A stretch of DNA of 64,000 nucleotides from Magnetococcus sp. DMHC-6 (lineage in GTDB: Bacteria > Pseudomonadota > Magnetococcia > Magnetococcales > JADFZT01). Shown one piece after another: positions 9,104-19,905 of the stretch. A program made the position numbers and the translations under genes. The stretch lies in assembly GCA_039908535.1 (NCBI GenBank), contig JAMOAW010000004.1:2909-66908 (forward strand), written 5' to 3'. The number at the start of each line of letters is the position of its first letter. The first letter of the stretch is position 1. A model generated the notes under the pieces. That model did no database searches. It was not told the DNA's origin and saw nothing but the letters and a program-made list of their open reading frames with translations.

Positions 9104-9763
9104 TTGTTTTTTAAGTGTATTTTAATATTGGCAATATTATTGCAAAAATCATTGTGTCAATTTTATTTGGCAGATAAAACCATTTTCCAACACCACCTAA
9201 ACACTCAAAAAAAAATGGAATTGCAGAAATTATACCATAACATTAAAAAAACGAATAAAAAAAACAAAACCAAAAATGAAAGCGATCCCATGGACAATCT
9301 TCTCTCCCTACTTTACCATAAGAAATGGGCGTACTGGAGAATCAAAAAAAAATTAATCAATCATTCTGGCCTAGCTTTCCTCTTCCCAGGACTGATACTA
9401 TCCAGTTTTGTCAATCCCCCAAGCATAGATCATCCAAGTGTGCCATTCAACCCATCTGAATTAAACCGCAACACGATGACGATTGGTCAATCCATTGGAT
9501 GGCAAACAGAGGCATGGGATGGTCAATTTATACTAAATTTCACTACCACGCCAAATATTGTGGATATAAAAGGCCAAACCCCTCTCATGTGGGCTGCAAA
9601 AATGGGTGATATTGAATTGGTGCAAAAACTTTTAAATGCTGGAGCAAATGTTAATATTGAAGATTTATGGGGACAAACAGCTCTTTTGCTGGCCATTCAA
9701 AACGGTCATCGGGAGATCGTCTCTCTTCTCCTCCACCAAAAATATCCTGACTCGATGGGTTAG
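9104..9763 (+). CDS. ankyrin-repeat protein (start uncertain)
   Basis: The C-terminal ~70 aa form two ANK repeats (GQTPLMWAAKMGDIELVQKLLNAGANVN, GQTALLLAIQNGHREIVSLLL). The N-terminal half is K/N-rich low complexity in a very AT-rich tract. The track start is a TTG; ATGs at 9215 and 9290 are alternatives. Confidence 0.5.
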   Translation: MFFKCILILAILLQKSLCQFYLADKTIFQHHLNTQKKMELQKLYHNIKKTNKKNKTKNESDPMDNLLSLLYHKKWAYWRIKKKLINHSGLAFLFPGLILSSFVNPPSIDHPSVPFNPSELNRNTMTIGQSIGWQTEAWDGQFILNFTTTPNIVDIKGQTPLMWAAKMGDIELVQKLLNAGANVNIEDLWGQTALLLAIQNGHREIVSLLLHQKYPDSMG

Positions 9764-9781
9764 AAACGGAATCCCAACAGA

Positions 9782-11752
9782 ATGATCCATATCGAAAACG
9801 CTCAAAAGGCCTTTGGCGCCCAAATCATTCTGAATCAAGCCTCCGTGGCCATCCACCCTCGGGAAAAAATTGGTCTGATCGGTCCAAATGGAGTCGGTAA
9901 AAGCACCGTTTTGCGCCTCATTGAAGGCTATATGGAACTGGATGGCGGCTCTATACGCCGTCGAGGTCATATTCGCATCGGAAGTTTGGCTCAAGAGCTG
10001 GCCTCCTCCAATCGCACCATTCTCCAAGAAACCCTCTTTGGCGACCAGGAACTCATTCAACTGCGCCAAGAGCGAGAAACGCTTCAACATCTATTAGAAC
10101 AAAAATCTCCCGAAGCTGAACAAAAACAAAGATTGACGCGCTGGGGCGAGGTGGAACATCGTTTACAAGAGATTGACTCCTATGACGCCGAAGCCCGCGC
10201 TGGAGCCATCCTTTTGGGCCTGGGATTTACTCCTGACGAACTCTCCCTAGCGGTCAGCTCCTTTTCCGGTGGTTGGCGGCAACGTCTGGCTTTGGCACAG
10301 TTGCTCTTTTCCCGCTCCGATCTCCTTTTACTCGATGAACCCACCAACCATTTGGACCTGGAATCGGTCGCTTGGTTAGAGGGATATTTGGCCAACCTGC
10401 CTGGCACTTTAATAATTGTTTCGCACCATCGCGCCTTTCTCAACCGGGTGACTGGCATCACCATTGAATTGGAAAACGGCCTGCTTACCCGCTATGTCGG
10501 CTCTTTTGACCACTATATAGAAGAAAAGGCCACCCGTTTGGCAAGCCTCGAAAAAACCGCCATTGGTCAGCAACGCCGCCGGGATGAACTCGAACAATTT
10601 ATCAACCGTTTCCGTGCCAAAGCCACCAAAGCCCGACAGGTCCAAAGTCGCATCAAACAACTCGACCGACTCCCGCAAGTAGAGCGCGGGCAAACACACA
10701 CCAAAACCGTGCGCTTTAAACTGCCAACCCCTACCTCCTGCGCCCAATTGGCTTTAACCACTCGACATCTCACCATGCAGTTTGAAGAACATCTGGTTCT
10801 CGACAACGTCAACCTCACCATTCAACGTGGGGAAAAAGTGGGACTATTAGGGCCAAACGGAAGCGGAAAAACCACCCTATTAAAACTCCTCTCCACCACC
10901 CACCCCCCTTCGGAAGGCGATGTGATGGTTGGTTCAGGTGTTAAAATTGCCTACTTTGCCCAACACGCCATGGACGCCTTAAATCCCGATCAAACCATTT
11001 TGGATTCAGCCTCCCAGTCGGCTCAGCCAGGAACCCCACCCCAATTAATTCGCTCTTTACTCGGAGGATTTTTATTTTCAGGGCAAGCGGTTTTTAAACA
11101 AATTTCGGTGTTATCCGGTGGCGAGCGGGCCAGATTGGCGTTGGCCCAACTTTTCCTCTCAGGAGCCAATCTGTTACTTCTTGATGAACCCACCAACCAT
11201 CTGGATATGGCCTCCAGAGAGGCCATGGCCGAAGCCCTAGAAGAGTATCCCGGCACCTTGATTTTGGTCTCTCACGATCGAGATCTTTTAGAGAGCGTCT
11301 GCACACGCTTTTTAGTAGTGGGACAAAAAAAAGCGATCCCTTTAGAGGTTTCCCTGGCCGAATATCTGGAAAAAGTCCTCTCAACACGAGAGAACAAAGA
11401 CAACATAAAAGAAAAAAAATCAGCCAGCCTACGCCTAGATTCTCGACAAATGCGTCAACAACAGGCCCAAATTCGCAACGCCCTGCACAAAAAAACCCTC
11501 TCCATGCGCCAAAAAAATGCCCTCTTGGAAAAAAAAATCCAACAATTAGAAGCCGCCCAAAAACAACTCAACAATCAACTCAACAATCCAGACCTTTATG
11601 AAGAATCAAAAAAAGGCGCGCTACAAGAATTGTTAATAAACAACCAAAAAATTACTCAGGAGCTCAAAGAGGCCATGGAGCTATGGGAGGAGAATTCTTT
11701 GCTGATTGAAACCCACGAAGAAGAGGCGCGTTTGATGATGGAAAAACTTTAA
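9782..11752 (+). CDS. ABC-F family ATPase (two ABC domains, no TM, C-terminal coiled coil)
   Basis: Walker A GPNGVGKST and GPNGSGKTT. Signatures FSGGWRQRLALA and LSGGERARLALA. K/Q/E-rich tail. Confidence 0.85.
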   Translation: MIHIENAQKAFGAQIILNQASVAIHPREKIGLIGPNGVGKSTVLRLIEGYMELDGGSIRRRGHIRIGSLAQELASSNRTILQETLFGDQELIQLRQERETLQHLLEQKSPEAEQKQRLTRWGEVEHRLQEIDSYDAEARAGAILLGLGFTPDELSLAVSSFSGGWRQRLALAQLLFSRSDLLLLDEPTNHLDLESVAWLEGYLANLPGTLIIVSHHRAFLNRVTGITIELENGLLTRYVGSFDHYIEEKATRLASLEKTAIGQQRRRDELEQFINRFRAKATKARQVQSRIKQLDRLPQVERGQTHTKTVRFKLPTPTSCAQLALTTRHLTMQFEEHLVLDNVNLTIQRGEKVGLLGPNGSGKTTLLKLLSTTHPPSEGDVMVGSGVKIAYFAQHAMDALNPDQTILDSASQSAQPGTPPQLIRSLLGGFLFSGQAVFKQISVLSGGERARLALAQLFLSGANLLLLDEPTNHLDMASREAMAEALEEYPGTLILVSHDRDLLESVCTRFLVVGQKKAIPLEVSLAEYLEKVLSTRENKDNIKEKKSASLRLDSRQMRQQQAQIRNALHKKTLSMRQKNALLEKKIQQLEAAQKQLNNQLNNPDLYEESKKGALQELLINNQKITQELKEAMELWEENSLLIETHEEEARLMMEKL

Positions 11753-11795
11753 TATTTTGACTCAATCAGAAGGCATCTATTTAACATACTGAATC

Positions 11796-14690
11796 CTAAA
11801 CTCTTTCTCTCTTTTTTTCTTTCATGACCTGTTCGCTATATCGTTCCAACACGTTGAACAATATCTTTTTACGAATCGGTTTAGATAAATATTCGTTAAA
11901 CCCATTTTGCATATAATGTTGGGCCTCTTCGGCCATGGAATGGGCAGAGAGAGCAATGATAATCATTGGTTTTCTTTTTGTTTTGGACTCCCACTCTCGA
12001 ATCTGTGCCGTGGCTTGTTGACCATCAACGATCGGCATTTCAATATCCATAAGCACCAAATCAAACTCTCCCTCTTTTGCCAATTGAACCCCATCTACGC
12101 CATCATTGGCCATGGTCAATTGGTGAGGGGTATCTTTTAAATAGATGTTAATCAAAAGACGATTTTCTTGCATATCTTCGACCAACAATATTTTTAAAGG
12201 ATAAATCTCTTTGTTTGTCTCTTTAGATAAAGAAGGCGAAAAATTTTTTAAATCCGGCGGGGTGGTAGGATGCAGAGGTAGGATAAAAGAAAATTTACTC
12301 CCCTGACCATAAATGCTTTCTACCCAAATTTTGCCCCCCATCATCGTCAAAAGTCGTTTGGTCAAAGAAAGACCTAGACCAGTGCCACCATAACGCCTTG
12401 AAAGTCCAGAATCTGATTGGGTAAAATCTTGAAAAATAATCTCCAAATGCTCTGCCCGGATACCAGGACCGCTATCAGAAATCTGACACAACATCATGGG
12501 TGGGGTATCATCACTTTGACCTATATCCACCACGACCCATCCCAATGTGGTAAATTTTAACGCATTGCCGATAATATTAATAAGACATTGACGCAAACGC
12601 TGAGCATCGGTAAGGATCCATTCTGGAAGGTTAGGGTCTATACGTAATTCCAAGAGTAACTCTTTTTGGCAAGCCAATACGTTAAGCAAATCCACGACCT
12701 CTTTACAGAGCTTTCCTACCTGTGTAGGCTCTGTAATGATTTCTAATTTTCCCGCTTCTATTTTGCTTAAATCAAGAATTTCATTGATCAATTGTAGCAG
12801 ATTGGCACCAGCATTTTTCAACATGGTGAGATAATATTGATGTTCTTTATTGGTGATGGCTTCAAACAAAAGGTCACTCATTCCCAGAATAATATTCATG
12901 GGAGTTCGAATTTCATGACTCATGACCGCTAAAAAATCGCTTTTTGCCTGATTGGCCTTTTCAGCCTGCTCTTTAGCTTCTAACAAGGCGGTTTCAGCCT
13001 GTTGGCGTTTGGTGATATCGGTAAAAACCCATACCCGACCTTGGACACCTTCACTTTCTGGTAATGGCGCAGAATAACAATCAAAAACACGTCCATCATT
13101 AAAGAATAACATGTCGGAATCGGTTTTTTCGAATTGATAAAGCCTGCGCACCTTCTTGAGAAAAAGTTTTGGTTCTTTAATTTGAGAAAGAATACATCTG
13201 AGCAGCCGACTTCTCTTTTTTTCCAGCATAACTTCAGGGGGAATTTTCCACATGGTCATCAACCGGCTATTGGCTCGCACAATCCTCCCCATTTTATCCA
13301 AAATCAGAATACCATCCAAAGTGGCTTCAAAGGTAGCGCGTAGCAGCTCTTCTGTCTTAAGCTTTTCACGGCGATTTTCATACCCCACCATCAGTTGTGT
13401 ACAGGCTGAAATCACCGGTTCGAGATAGGCCGTGATGGCAGAATCATATCCTTGCGGACGATTGGCTAACCCCAATATACCGATGATTTTCTTTCCGTGT
13501 TTGACAGGCAATCCCAAAAAGGCGTTTAATGGAGGATGACCAGGGGGCAGACCACAGCTCCGAGAATCGGTGGATGGATCGTTGGCAATCACCGGAAACC
13601 CGGTGTGGAGAGGTTCGGCATACAAACCGCGCATTTTGCTAAAAGAAAATTCAATGCTCCTCTGTGTTCCAAAAAAGTCTTGATTGACTGAATCCCATTC
13701 CATAGTATTGATCGCCAGGGGCTTAAAAATCCGCTGCCCTTTTTCGCCTTCTTGGATGGCGGCGATAAATCCAATATGGCTGTTGGTGAGCCTGAGAATC
13801 TCTACAAGTAAAGTTTCAAAGACCTTACCAAAATTGGAATCTTCAATGAATAGGCCTTGGATGCGGTTGATGCAACCCACTTGCAACTCCAAGCGATCCT
13901 TGGCATTGAAAAGTTCAATTTCAATACCCTTTTGTGCCGATATATCCTGAATGTGCGCAACAAAATGGAGCGCATTTCCCGCTTCGTCTCGAACCAAAGA
14001 AACGCAGATCCGCGCCCAGATAAGATGACCTTTTTTGTGTAAATAGCGTTTTTCCATCTGATAATTTGCAAGATTCCCAGCCAACATTTGCCGCACGTAA
14101 GCGCAATCAATCTCTAAATCATCGAAATGGGAGAAAAATTTAGAATTGCTCGCCAAAAGTTCCTCTTCTTCATAACCAACAATGGTACACAAGGCTTGGT
14201 TGACCTTAAGAAATTGGCCCTGCGGAGAGACTAAAGCCATGCCAATGGCCGAAGTCTCAAAAGCACCTCGAAAGTGAGCTTCACTGACTTTAAGTTCATT
14301 CAAGGTGATTGTTTTAGCAAGGTTGGCGGCTTCGGCGTTTATTTCAGCCAAACGGCGTTGTCGCACTTCGTGTTGCAAAGAACGCAAACGAAGCAAAACG
14401 ATGGTCAACAGTAAAAAAAAGAGAGTGCCGACCATGGCGGCATATTTATAAATTGTTGCACTAGGCACCACCTGAAACGGCACCTCCACCCCAACGGTTT
14501 GAGCATCGACCTTAACAAGATCAACACTAAAACCCTCCGCCTCCCTATTTTGATTGACCATGGTCAAGAGGGGATAAGCCTGTGCGCTGCCGATATGCAA
14601 TTTTTTTTTCTGCTCAAAGCTTTCCGCATGGGCAAAGATTGGCATGAATATGCACAAAAGAACCATCCACTTGTGCCATTGAAAATTCAT
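11796..14690 (-). CDS. hybrid sensor histidine kinase (PAS-GAF-PAS-HisKA-HATPase-REC)
   Basis: 964 aa. Signal/TM N-terminus, H-box MSHEIRTPMN, G-box GGTGLGLSL, and a C-terminal receiver (LLVEDMQENR...DLVLMDIEMP). Confidence 0.85.
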   Translation of the reverse strand: MNFQWHKWMVLLCIFMPIFAHAESFEQKKKLHIGSAQAYPLLTMVNQNREAEGFSVDLVKVDAQTVGVEVPFQVVPSATIYKYAAMVGTLFFLLLTIVLLRLRSLQHEVRQRRLAEINAEAANLAKTITLNELKVSEAHFRGAFETSAIGMALVSPQGQFLKVNQALCTIVGYEEEELLASNSKFFSHFDDLEIDCAYVRQMLAGNLANYQMEKRYLHKKGHLIWARICVSLVRDEAGNALHFVAHIQDISAQKGIEIELFNAKDRLELQVGCINRIQGLFIEDSNFGKVFETLLVEILRLTNSHIGFIAAIQEGEKGQRIFKPLAINTMEWDSVNQDFFGTQRSIEFSFSKMRGLYAEPLHTGFPVIANDPSTDSRSCGLPPGHPPLNAFLGLPVKHGKKIIGILGLANRPQGYDSAITAYLEPVISACTQLMVGYENRREKLKTEELLRATFEATLDGILILDKMGRIVRANSRLMTMWKIPPEVMLEKKRSRLLRCILSQIKEPKLFLKKVRRLYQFEKTDSDMLFFNDGRVFDCYSAPLPESEGVQGRVWVFTDITKRQQAETALLEAKEQAEKANQAKSDFLAVMSHEIRTPMNIILGMSDLLFEAITNKEHQYYLTMLKNAGANLLQLINEILDLSKIEAGKLEIITEPTQVGKLCKEVVDLLNVLACQKELLLELRIDPNLPEWILTDAQRLRQCLINIIGNALKFTTLGWVVVDIGQSDDTPPMMLCQISDSGPGIRAEHLEIIFQDFTQSDSGLSRRYGGTGLGLSLTKRLLTMMGGKIWVESIYGQGSKFSFILPLHPTTPPDLKNFSPSLSKETNKEIYPLKILLVEDMQENRLLINIYLKDTPHQLTMANDGVDGVQLAKEGEFDLVLMDIEMPIVDGQQATAQIREWESKTKRKPMIIIALSAHSMAEEAQHYMQNGFNEYLSKPIRKKILFNVLERYSEQVMKEKKRERV

Positions 14691-14785
14691 CTTGATTTAC
14701 CCCTATCTAAAACAGCGGTCTAGGAGAGGATAACTTCTTCTTTCCATATCGCGAAGCTAAAATTTATTATCTCCATCAAGATTTT

Positions 14786-15967
14786 TTACTTTCTTTTCAT
14801 GATTTTATATCTGGACAACGCATGTTTGATTGAACGCAACAATATTTTTTTACTCACATGACCTTTCACTAAATAGTCTTGCGCACCTTCGGCAACGGCT
14901 TGAATGGCTTGTTGATCGTCATCTCTACCGGTAAAAACAATGATAGGAATATCCAACCCTTTTTTGTTCAGCCTTACAAAGGTTTCGTCATATCCATGAC
15001 TGTCGGTTAGATTGAGATCAAGCAGAATCAAATCAAATTTGGTTTGAAGCAGAAAGTTTTCCATCTCTTTGAACGAGGTGGCATGGGTTAATTTGAGCAA
15101 TGGCGTTTTAAAAGCAGAGTCTGTTTGCTCCATAAAATTGTCCAACCACCCCTGAATGATGGAATAAAAGGCTATTTCATCTTCAACGATCAAAAAGTTC
15201 AGTTCCTCACTAAATGAGTTGAATATTGGTGTTGATTTTATGGCTTTTTCCTGTTGGATGGGTTCTATCGAAGTTTTCTTCTCTGAAGAGAGATATCCCA
15301 TTTTTTCCATAGCATAGACAATAATTTCGACGGCTTGCTGCGGATCGATTTTATCGGTGTTTAGGACGAGATCATAGTAGGTACGATTGTTGGAATATTT
15401 TTTATACAGCTCTTTGAGAAAAAGGGATCTCTCCTTTTCGACGGCAATCAATTTTTGTTTGGCTTCCGCGAGGCTAATCCCTTCGCGCTGCGCAACGCGT
15501 TGAATACAGATGTCCTGAGTACCTTCAATTTGCAACCGAAATACATTGGTCTGTTTGGCCAAAATCAAACGCGCCCCGCGACCCACAATCACACCACCCG
15601 TTTTTGCAATGCCAAGAATTGTTTTAATGACATTTTTATAATAACCAGCCACCGATTGATCGGGTTTGAGAAACAAAGAATAAAGAAATGTGTCTAGTGC
15701 AGCCGGAAGTTTTTCATCCATCAGTGAGACTAATTTTTTAGTGGTTTTTGTTTTTCTAGCTAAATTATCGATCATAGAGTGACCGTAACAATTTACTTGA
15801 AGCCTTTCTGCCAACAGTTCAGCAATTTTACCACCATTTGATCCAAAATTTCTGGAGACCGTCACGACAATTGGTTGTTGATTTGCATGGGAGTGCAAAG
15901 ATGTGGTGTAAACACCAGATTTAACAGCTCCAATAACTCCTGGAATAGTATCCATATCAATCTCCAA
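14786..15967 (-). CDS. cytidylate-kinase-like family domain fused to a C-terminal response-regulator receiver
   Basis: The N-terminal VVTVSRNFGSNGGKIAELLAERL...GGVIVGRGA pattern is typical of the cytidylate-kinase-like family. The C-terminal REC reads LIVEDE...DLILLDLNL...VFTG...DYLVKG. Confidence 0.6.
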   Translation of the reverse strand: MEIDMDTIPGVIGAVKSGVYTTSLHSHANQQPIVVTVSRNFGSNGGKIAELLAERLQVNCYGHSMIDNLARKTKTTKKLVSLMDEKLPAALDTFLYSLFLKPDQSVAGYYKNVIKTILGIAKTGGVIVGRGARLILAKQTNVFRLQIEGTQDICIQRVAQREGISLAEAKQKLIAVEKERSLFLKELYKKYSNNRTYYDLVLNTDKIDPQQAVEIIVYAMEKMGYLSSEKKTSIEPIQQEKAIKSTPIFNSFSEELNFLIVEDEIAFYSIIQGWLDNFMEQTDSAFKTPLLKLTHATSFKEMENFLLQTKFDLILLDLNLTDSHGYDETFVRLNKKGLDIPIIVFTGRDDDQQAIQAVAEGAQDYLVKGHVSKKILLRSIKHALSRYKIMKRK

Positions 15968-16062
15968 TTTAAGTTATATAAATATGCTAGAGGATGATTT
16001 GATAGATTCACTCTCAATTCAAATTATCAAATCCTTGTATTTTATATTATCAGATTATTATG

Positions 16063-16094
16063 CAATATTTGCAAGATTTTTTTTGCAAATATTG
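16063..16094. repeat. perfect 12-bp inverted repeat (caatatttgcaa N8 ttgcaaatattg)
   Basis: Read directly from the sequence: 16063-16074 is the reverse complement of 16083-16094. Lies about 100 nt upstream of the CMK-like/REC gene start (15967) in an AT-rich spacer. A third ttgcaa half-site sits at 16101-16106. Confidence 0.6.
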
Positions 16095-16109
16095 TAATTT
16101 TTGCAATTT

Positions 16110-16337
16110 TTAAAATTTATTATAAAAACCAAGAAGATCCGACCAAATAGCAGCTCTCTTTGCTTGATGAGACCACCCCTCATTTTCATAATAAAGGGGC
16201 ACCCTATCGGAAAACCTTATCGGATTCGCTGCAAGCGACGTTTCTAATATTTTGGAGATTGTTTGATTTTTAATATTTTGAAAATTTTTGGCATCAACTA
16301 GGCGAGAATCGACCTCTTTTTGAGAAGCCATAGACAA
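16110..16337 (-). CDS. hypothetical 75-aa protein
   Basis: ORF only. It is co-directional with and 20 nt downstream of rfbB. No recognisable motif. Confidence 0.25.
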   Translation of the reverse strand: MSMASQKEVDSRLVDAKNFQNIKNQTISKILETSLAANPIRFSDRVPLYYENEGWSHQAKRAAIWSDLLGFYNKF

Positions 16338-16357
16338 TAGTCGAAATTAAAATCCGA

Positions 16358-17467
16358 TTATTTTATTGAAACATAAGAATTTTTATATTGTAATGCGATC
16401 CACTCTTGATAACTTCCATCCATAATATTTCGCCACCAAGCAGAATTTTCCAAATACCATGCGATCGTCTTTCTAATCCCTGTTTCAAAAGTTTCTTCAG
16501 GTTTAAACCCTAATTGATTTTCAATCTTAACCGCATCAATCGCATAACGAAAATCATGACCAGGTCGATCTTTCACAAACGCAATCAATCTCTCCGAATT
16601 TTTTTTTTGTACATTAAAATTCGTCTCTTGGCGTTTTTCATCCATCAATCGACATAATAATTTGACAATTTTAATGTTTTCCCATTCATTCTTCCCCCCT
16701 ATATTATAAGTCTCTCCAACCATACCTTTGTCAAGAACAACTTCGATCCCTCGACAATGATCCTCTACATAGAGCCAATCCCGAATATTTTTCCCCTCAC
16801 CATAAACAGGCAACGCTTTTTCATGCAATATATTTAACAATACCAAAGGAATTAATTTTTCAGGAAATTGATAAGGTCCATAATTATTGGAACAATTGCT
16901 AATCGTTGTTGGCAACCCATAGGTATGATGATATGCCCGGACTAAATGATCCGAGGCCGCTTTACTGGCGGCATATGGGGAGTTGGGACGGTAGGGGGTG
17001 TTCTCTGTGAAAGGGGGATCCTCCGCGCCTAATGAACCATACACCTCATCCGTCGATACATGATGAAAACGGTGCCTTGCGCCGATACTCTTTTCGTCCA
17101 ACCAAATTTTTTTTGCCACTTTCAACAAAACATGCGTCCCAATAACATTCGTCTCTATAAAGGCATCCGGCCCTAGGATAGAACGATCCACATGGGATTC
17201 TGCGGCAAAATGAATTATCTTGTTAATATTTTCCGTGCGTATCAAACTCTCAACCAAGGATTGATCGCAAATATTTCCATGCACAAATCGATATTTTTTA
17301 TTCTCTTGAACAGCACTCAAACTGGCCAGATTACCCGCATAGGTCAAGGCATCCAATACAACAACCCGATCTTGGGGACGGTTCTTTAACCAATAACGGG
17401 TAAAATTAGAGCCGATAAAACCAGCTCCACCGGTCACTAACAGGTTATCCATGTTGGTTTTTCTCAA
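16358..17467 (-). CDS. rfbB: dTDP-glucose 4,6-dehydratase
   Basis: Motifs LVTGGAGFIGSNF and YAASKAASDHL, plus a full-length RmlB-like sequence. The true start may be the ATG at 17452 (MDNLLVTGG). Confidence 0.9.
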   Translation of the reverse strand: MRKTNMDNLLVTGGAGFIGSNFTRYWLKNRPQDRVVVLDALTYAGNLASLSAVQENKKYRFVHGNICDQSLVESLIRTENINKIIHFAAESHVDRSILGPDAFIETNVIGTHVLLKVAKKIWLDEKSIGARHRFHHVSTDEVYGSLGAEDPPFTENTPYRPNSPYAASKAASDHLVRAYHHTYGLPTTISNCSNNYGPYQFPEKLIPLVLLNILHEKALPVYGEGKNIRDWLYVEDHCRGIEVVLDKGMVGETYNIGGKNEWENIKIVKLLCRLMDEKRQETNFNVQKKNSERLIAFVKDRPGHDFRYAIDAVKIENQLGFKPEETFETGIRKTIAWYLENSAWWRNIMDGSYQEWIALQYKNSYVSIK

Positions 17468-18323
17468 CTCTCATAAGCATTTGACGTAAAGCCGCACGCC
17501 AATGGGAGGCACGACAATCTAAATGTCTCCAGGTCTCCGATTTATCCAAAACGCTATAATGCGGTCGACGCGCCGGTAGAGGATATTCCACACTTTTTAT
17601 GGCCTTAATCGGTTTTGGTTCCGAAAGAAGCCCCAAAAGCAAAGCCTCCTCCTGGATAGCTACCGCAAAATCATACCAACTCGCCACCCCCTCATCCGAC
17701 CAATGCAAAATAGAGGGGAGCGCATCCTTCCCGGTAATTCGCCAAATCCCGCGCGCCAAACCGGCCGCCCAAGTGGGTGAACCAATTTGATCAATGACAA
17801 TACCCAACTGATCCCGCTGCTGAAGCAGGCGCAAAATCGTCTTGACAAAATTTTGCCCATATTCTGAATACACCCAAGAGGTGCGCACAATCACATAAGA
17901 TAATTTTTCGGTCGCGGCAATCCGTTGCTCGCCTTGCCATTTACTGGCCCCATACACATTCAGCGGATGAGCTACGGCCTCTGTCTCGTAAGGTTGTGAA
18001 TTGTAACCATCAAAAATAAAATCGGTAGAAATATGAATCAAACGAATATTCCGTGTTGCAGCAACAGAAGCCAAATATCCAGCCCCTTGCGCATTCACCG
18101 CAAAGGCCCTCTCGACTTGAGATTCTGCTTGGTCCACCGCCGTATAAGCTGCAGCATTGATCAAAACATCAGGGGCCACCTGACCCACAACCGTGCCCAC
18201 CCTCTCTAGATCGGTGATATCCAATTCATCCCTGGATAATCCAGTGACCTGATACCCCTCTGGAACAGCGTGTAAAAGCTCGCACCCCAATTGCCCAGAA
18301 GCTCCAACGACAAGAACTTTCAT
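17445..18323 (-). CDS. rfbD: dTDP-4-dehydrorhamnose reductase
   Basis: Motifs VVGASGQLG and YGASKWQGE. Sits within the rfb operon. Confidence 0.85.
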   Translation of the reverse strand: MKVLVVGASGQLGCELLHAVPEGYQVTGLSRDELDITDLERVGTVVGQVAPDVLINAAAYTAVDQAESQVERAFAVNAQGAGYLASVAATRNIRLIHISTDFIFDGYNSQPYETEAVAHPLNVYGASKWQGEQRIAATEKLSYVIVRTSWVYSEYGQNFVKTILRLLQQRDQLGIVIDQIGSPTWAAGLARGIWRITGKDALPSILHWSDEGVASWYDFAVAIQEEALLLGLLSEPKPIKAIKSVEYPLPARRPHYSVLDKSETWRHLDCRASHWRAALRQMLMRVEKNQHG

Positions 18324-18874
18324 GGGTAAAAGTCAGCCCTTTGCAAAAATTGACCCTCACGATCCTTTTGACTCAATATCGGCCCGCTTCCAGATACTAA
18401 GGGCCAAGATATCCCTAAATCAGGATCATTCCAAACAATACAACGTTCCAACTGAGGCGCATAAAATTCGGTACAACTATACAATATCTCGGCAACCGGC
18501 GAAACAACATAAAAACCATGGGCAAAGCCGGGAGGAACCCAAAATATTTTTTTGTTTTCAGCAGACAAATATGCCCCGACCCAACGACCAAAGGTACCAG
18601 ATCCTCGGCGCAAATCCACCGCCACATCAAAAATTTCTCCTACAATCACTCGTAACAGCTTCCCCTGCGGCTTTTCAACTTGATAATGCAAACCACGCAA
18701 AACACCTTGCTTGGAGGAACTATGATTTTCTTGAACAAAATCAGCAGTTATCCCTCCTTGCAAAAAATCACGCTGGCTCCAAGTCTCCATAAAAAAACCC
18801 CTGGAGTCCCCAAAAATTTGCGGCTCAATCAACACCACCTCGGGAATCACCATTGGATTAAATTTAAAAGGCAT
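18320..18874 (-). CDS. rfbC: dTDP-4-dehydrorhamnose 3,5-epimerase
   Basis: Motifs [14 protein letters not shown] and [11 protein letters not shown]. 4-nt overlap with rfbD. Confidence 0.9.
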   Translation of the reverse strand: MPFKFNPMVIPEVVLIEPQIFGDSRGFFMETWSQRDFLQGGITADFVQENHSSSKQGVLRGLHYQVEKPQGKLLRVIVGEIFDVAVDLRRGSGTFGRWVGAYLSAENKKIFWVPPGFAHGFYVVSPVAEILYSCTEFYAPQLERCIVWNDPDLGISWPLVSGSGPILSQKDREGQFLQRADFYP

Positions 18875-18876
18875 CG

Positions 18877-19752
18877 TTATCCTTCCCTGATAATTCGCAT
18901 GAGATATTCCCCATATCCACTCTTTAATAACGGAGCCGCTAGCCTCGCCATTTGATCGGCATCAATATACCCCATTCGATAAGCCACCTCTTCAGGGCAA
19001 GAGATCTTGAGACTCTGACGCTCTTCTATCGCCTTGATGAAACTCGACGCATCCGCTAAAGAGGCATAGGTACCGGTATCTAACCAAGCCGCGCCACGAC
19101 CCAAACGTTCAACACGCAGATCACCCCTCTTTAAATAAACCTTATTCACATCGGTAATCTCCAACTCACCACGAGCAGATGGTTGAATACCTTCGGCAAT
19201 AGAGACCACTTCGTTATCGTAAAAATACAACCCTGTCACCGCATAATTCGATTTCGGCTTGACTGGCTTTTCCTCAATATCCAATACTTTTCCAGATTTA
19301 TCAAAAGAGACAACGCCATAACGTTCTGGATCACGCACATAATAACCAAAAACTGTCGCCCCTTGCGTCTGTTGTGCAGCCTGTTTTAAAATACCAACCA
19401 AACCTTTACCGTAAAATATATTATCCCCCAAAATCAAACAAACTGGGCTCTTCCCAATAAAATTTTTATCCAATAAAAAGGCTTGGGCCAAACCCGCAGG
19501 GCGTTCTTGAATCACATAACGAAATTCCAAACCCCATTGCGATCCGTCTCCCAAAAGTTCCTTAAAAGCAGTCTGATCTTTAGGGGTCGTTACAATCAAT
19601 ATCTCCCGGATGCCCGACAGCATCAAAATGGACAACGGATAATACACCATCGGCTTATCATAAACCGGCAATAGCTGCTTACTGACAGCTATTGTTAATG
19701 GGTAAAGCCGAGTTCCTGAACCTCCCGCTAAAATAATTCCTTTATAATTCAT
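18877..19752 (-). CDS. rfbA: glucose-1-phosphate thymidylyltransferase
   Basis: Motifs [30 protein letters not shown] and LGDNIFYG. Confidence 0.9.
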   Translation of the reverse strand: MNYKGIILAGGSGTRLYPLTIAVSKQLLPVYDKPMVYYPLSILMLSGIREILIVTTPKDQTAFKELLGDGSQWGLEFRYVIQERPAGLAQAFLLDKNFIGKSPVCLILGDNIFYGKGLVGILKQAAQQTQGATVFGYYVRDPERYGVVSFDKSGKVLDIEEKPVKPKSNYAVTGLYFYDNEVVSIAEGIQPSARGELEITDVNKVYLKRGDLRVERLGRGAAWLDTGTYASLADASSFIKAIEERQSLKISCPEEVAYRMGYIDADQMARLAAPLLKSGYGEYLMRIIREG

Positions 19753-19905
19753 ATAAAAAACCCATTCTTAACCAAATTTAATCCATCAAATTTATAACGC
19801 TTCACAAAATAAACAGCACAAAAATAACCTGTCAACAAAAAGGTCCATCGGAATTAAAATTTTATAAGAGGAGTATAGCAGAAAGGATAGAATAAACAAA
19901 AAGAA

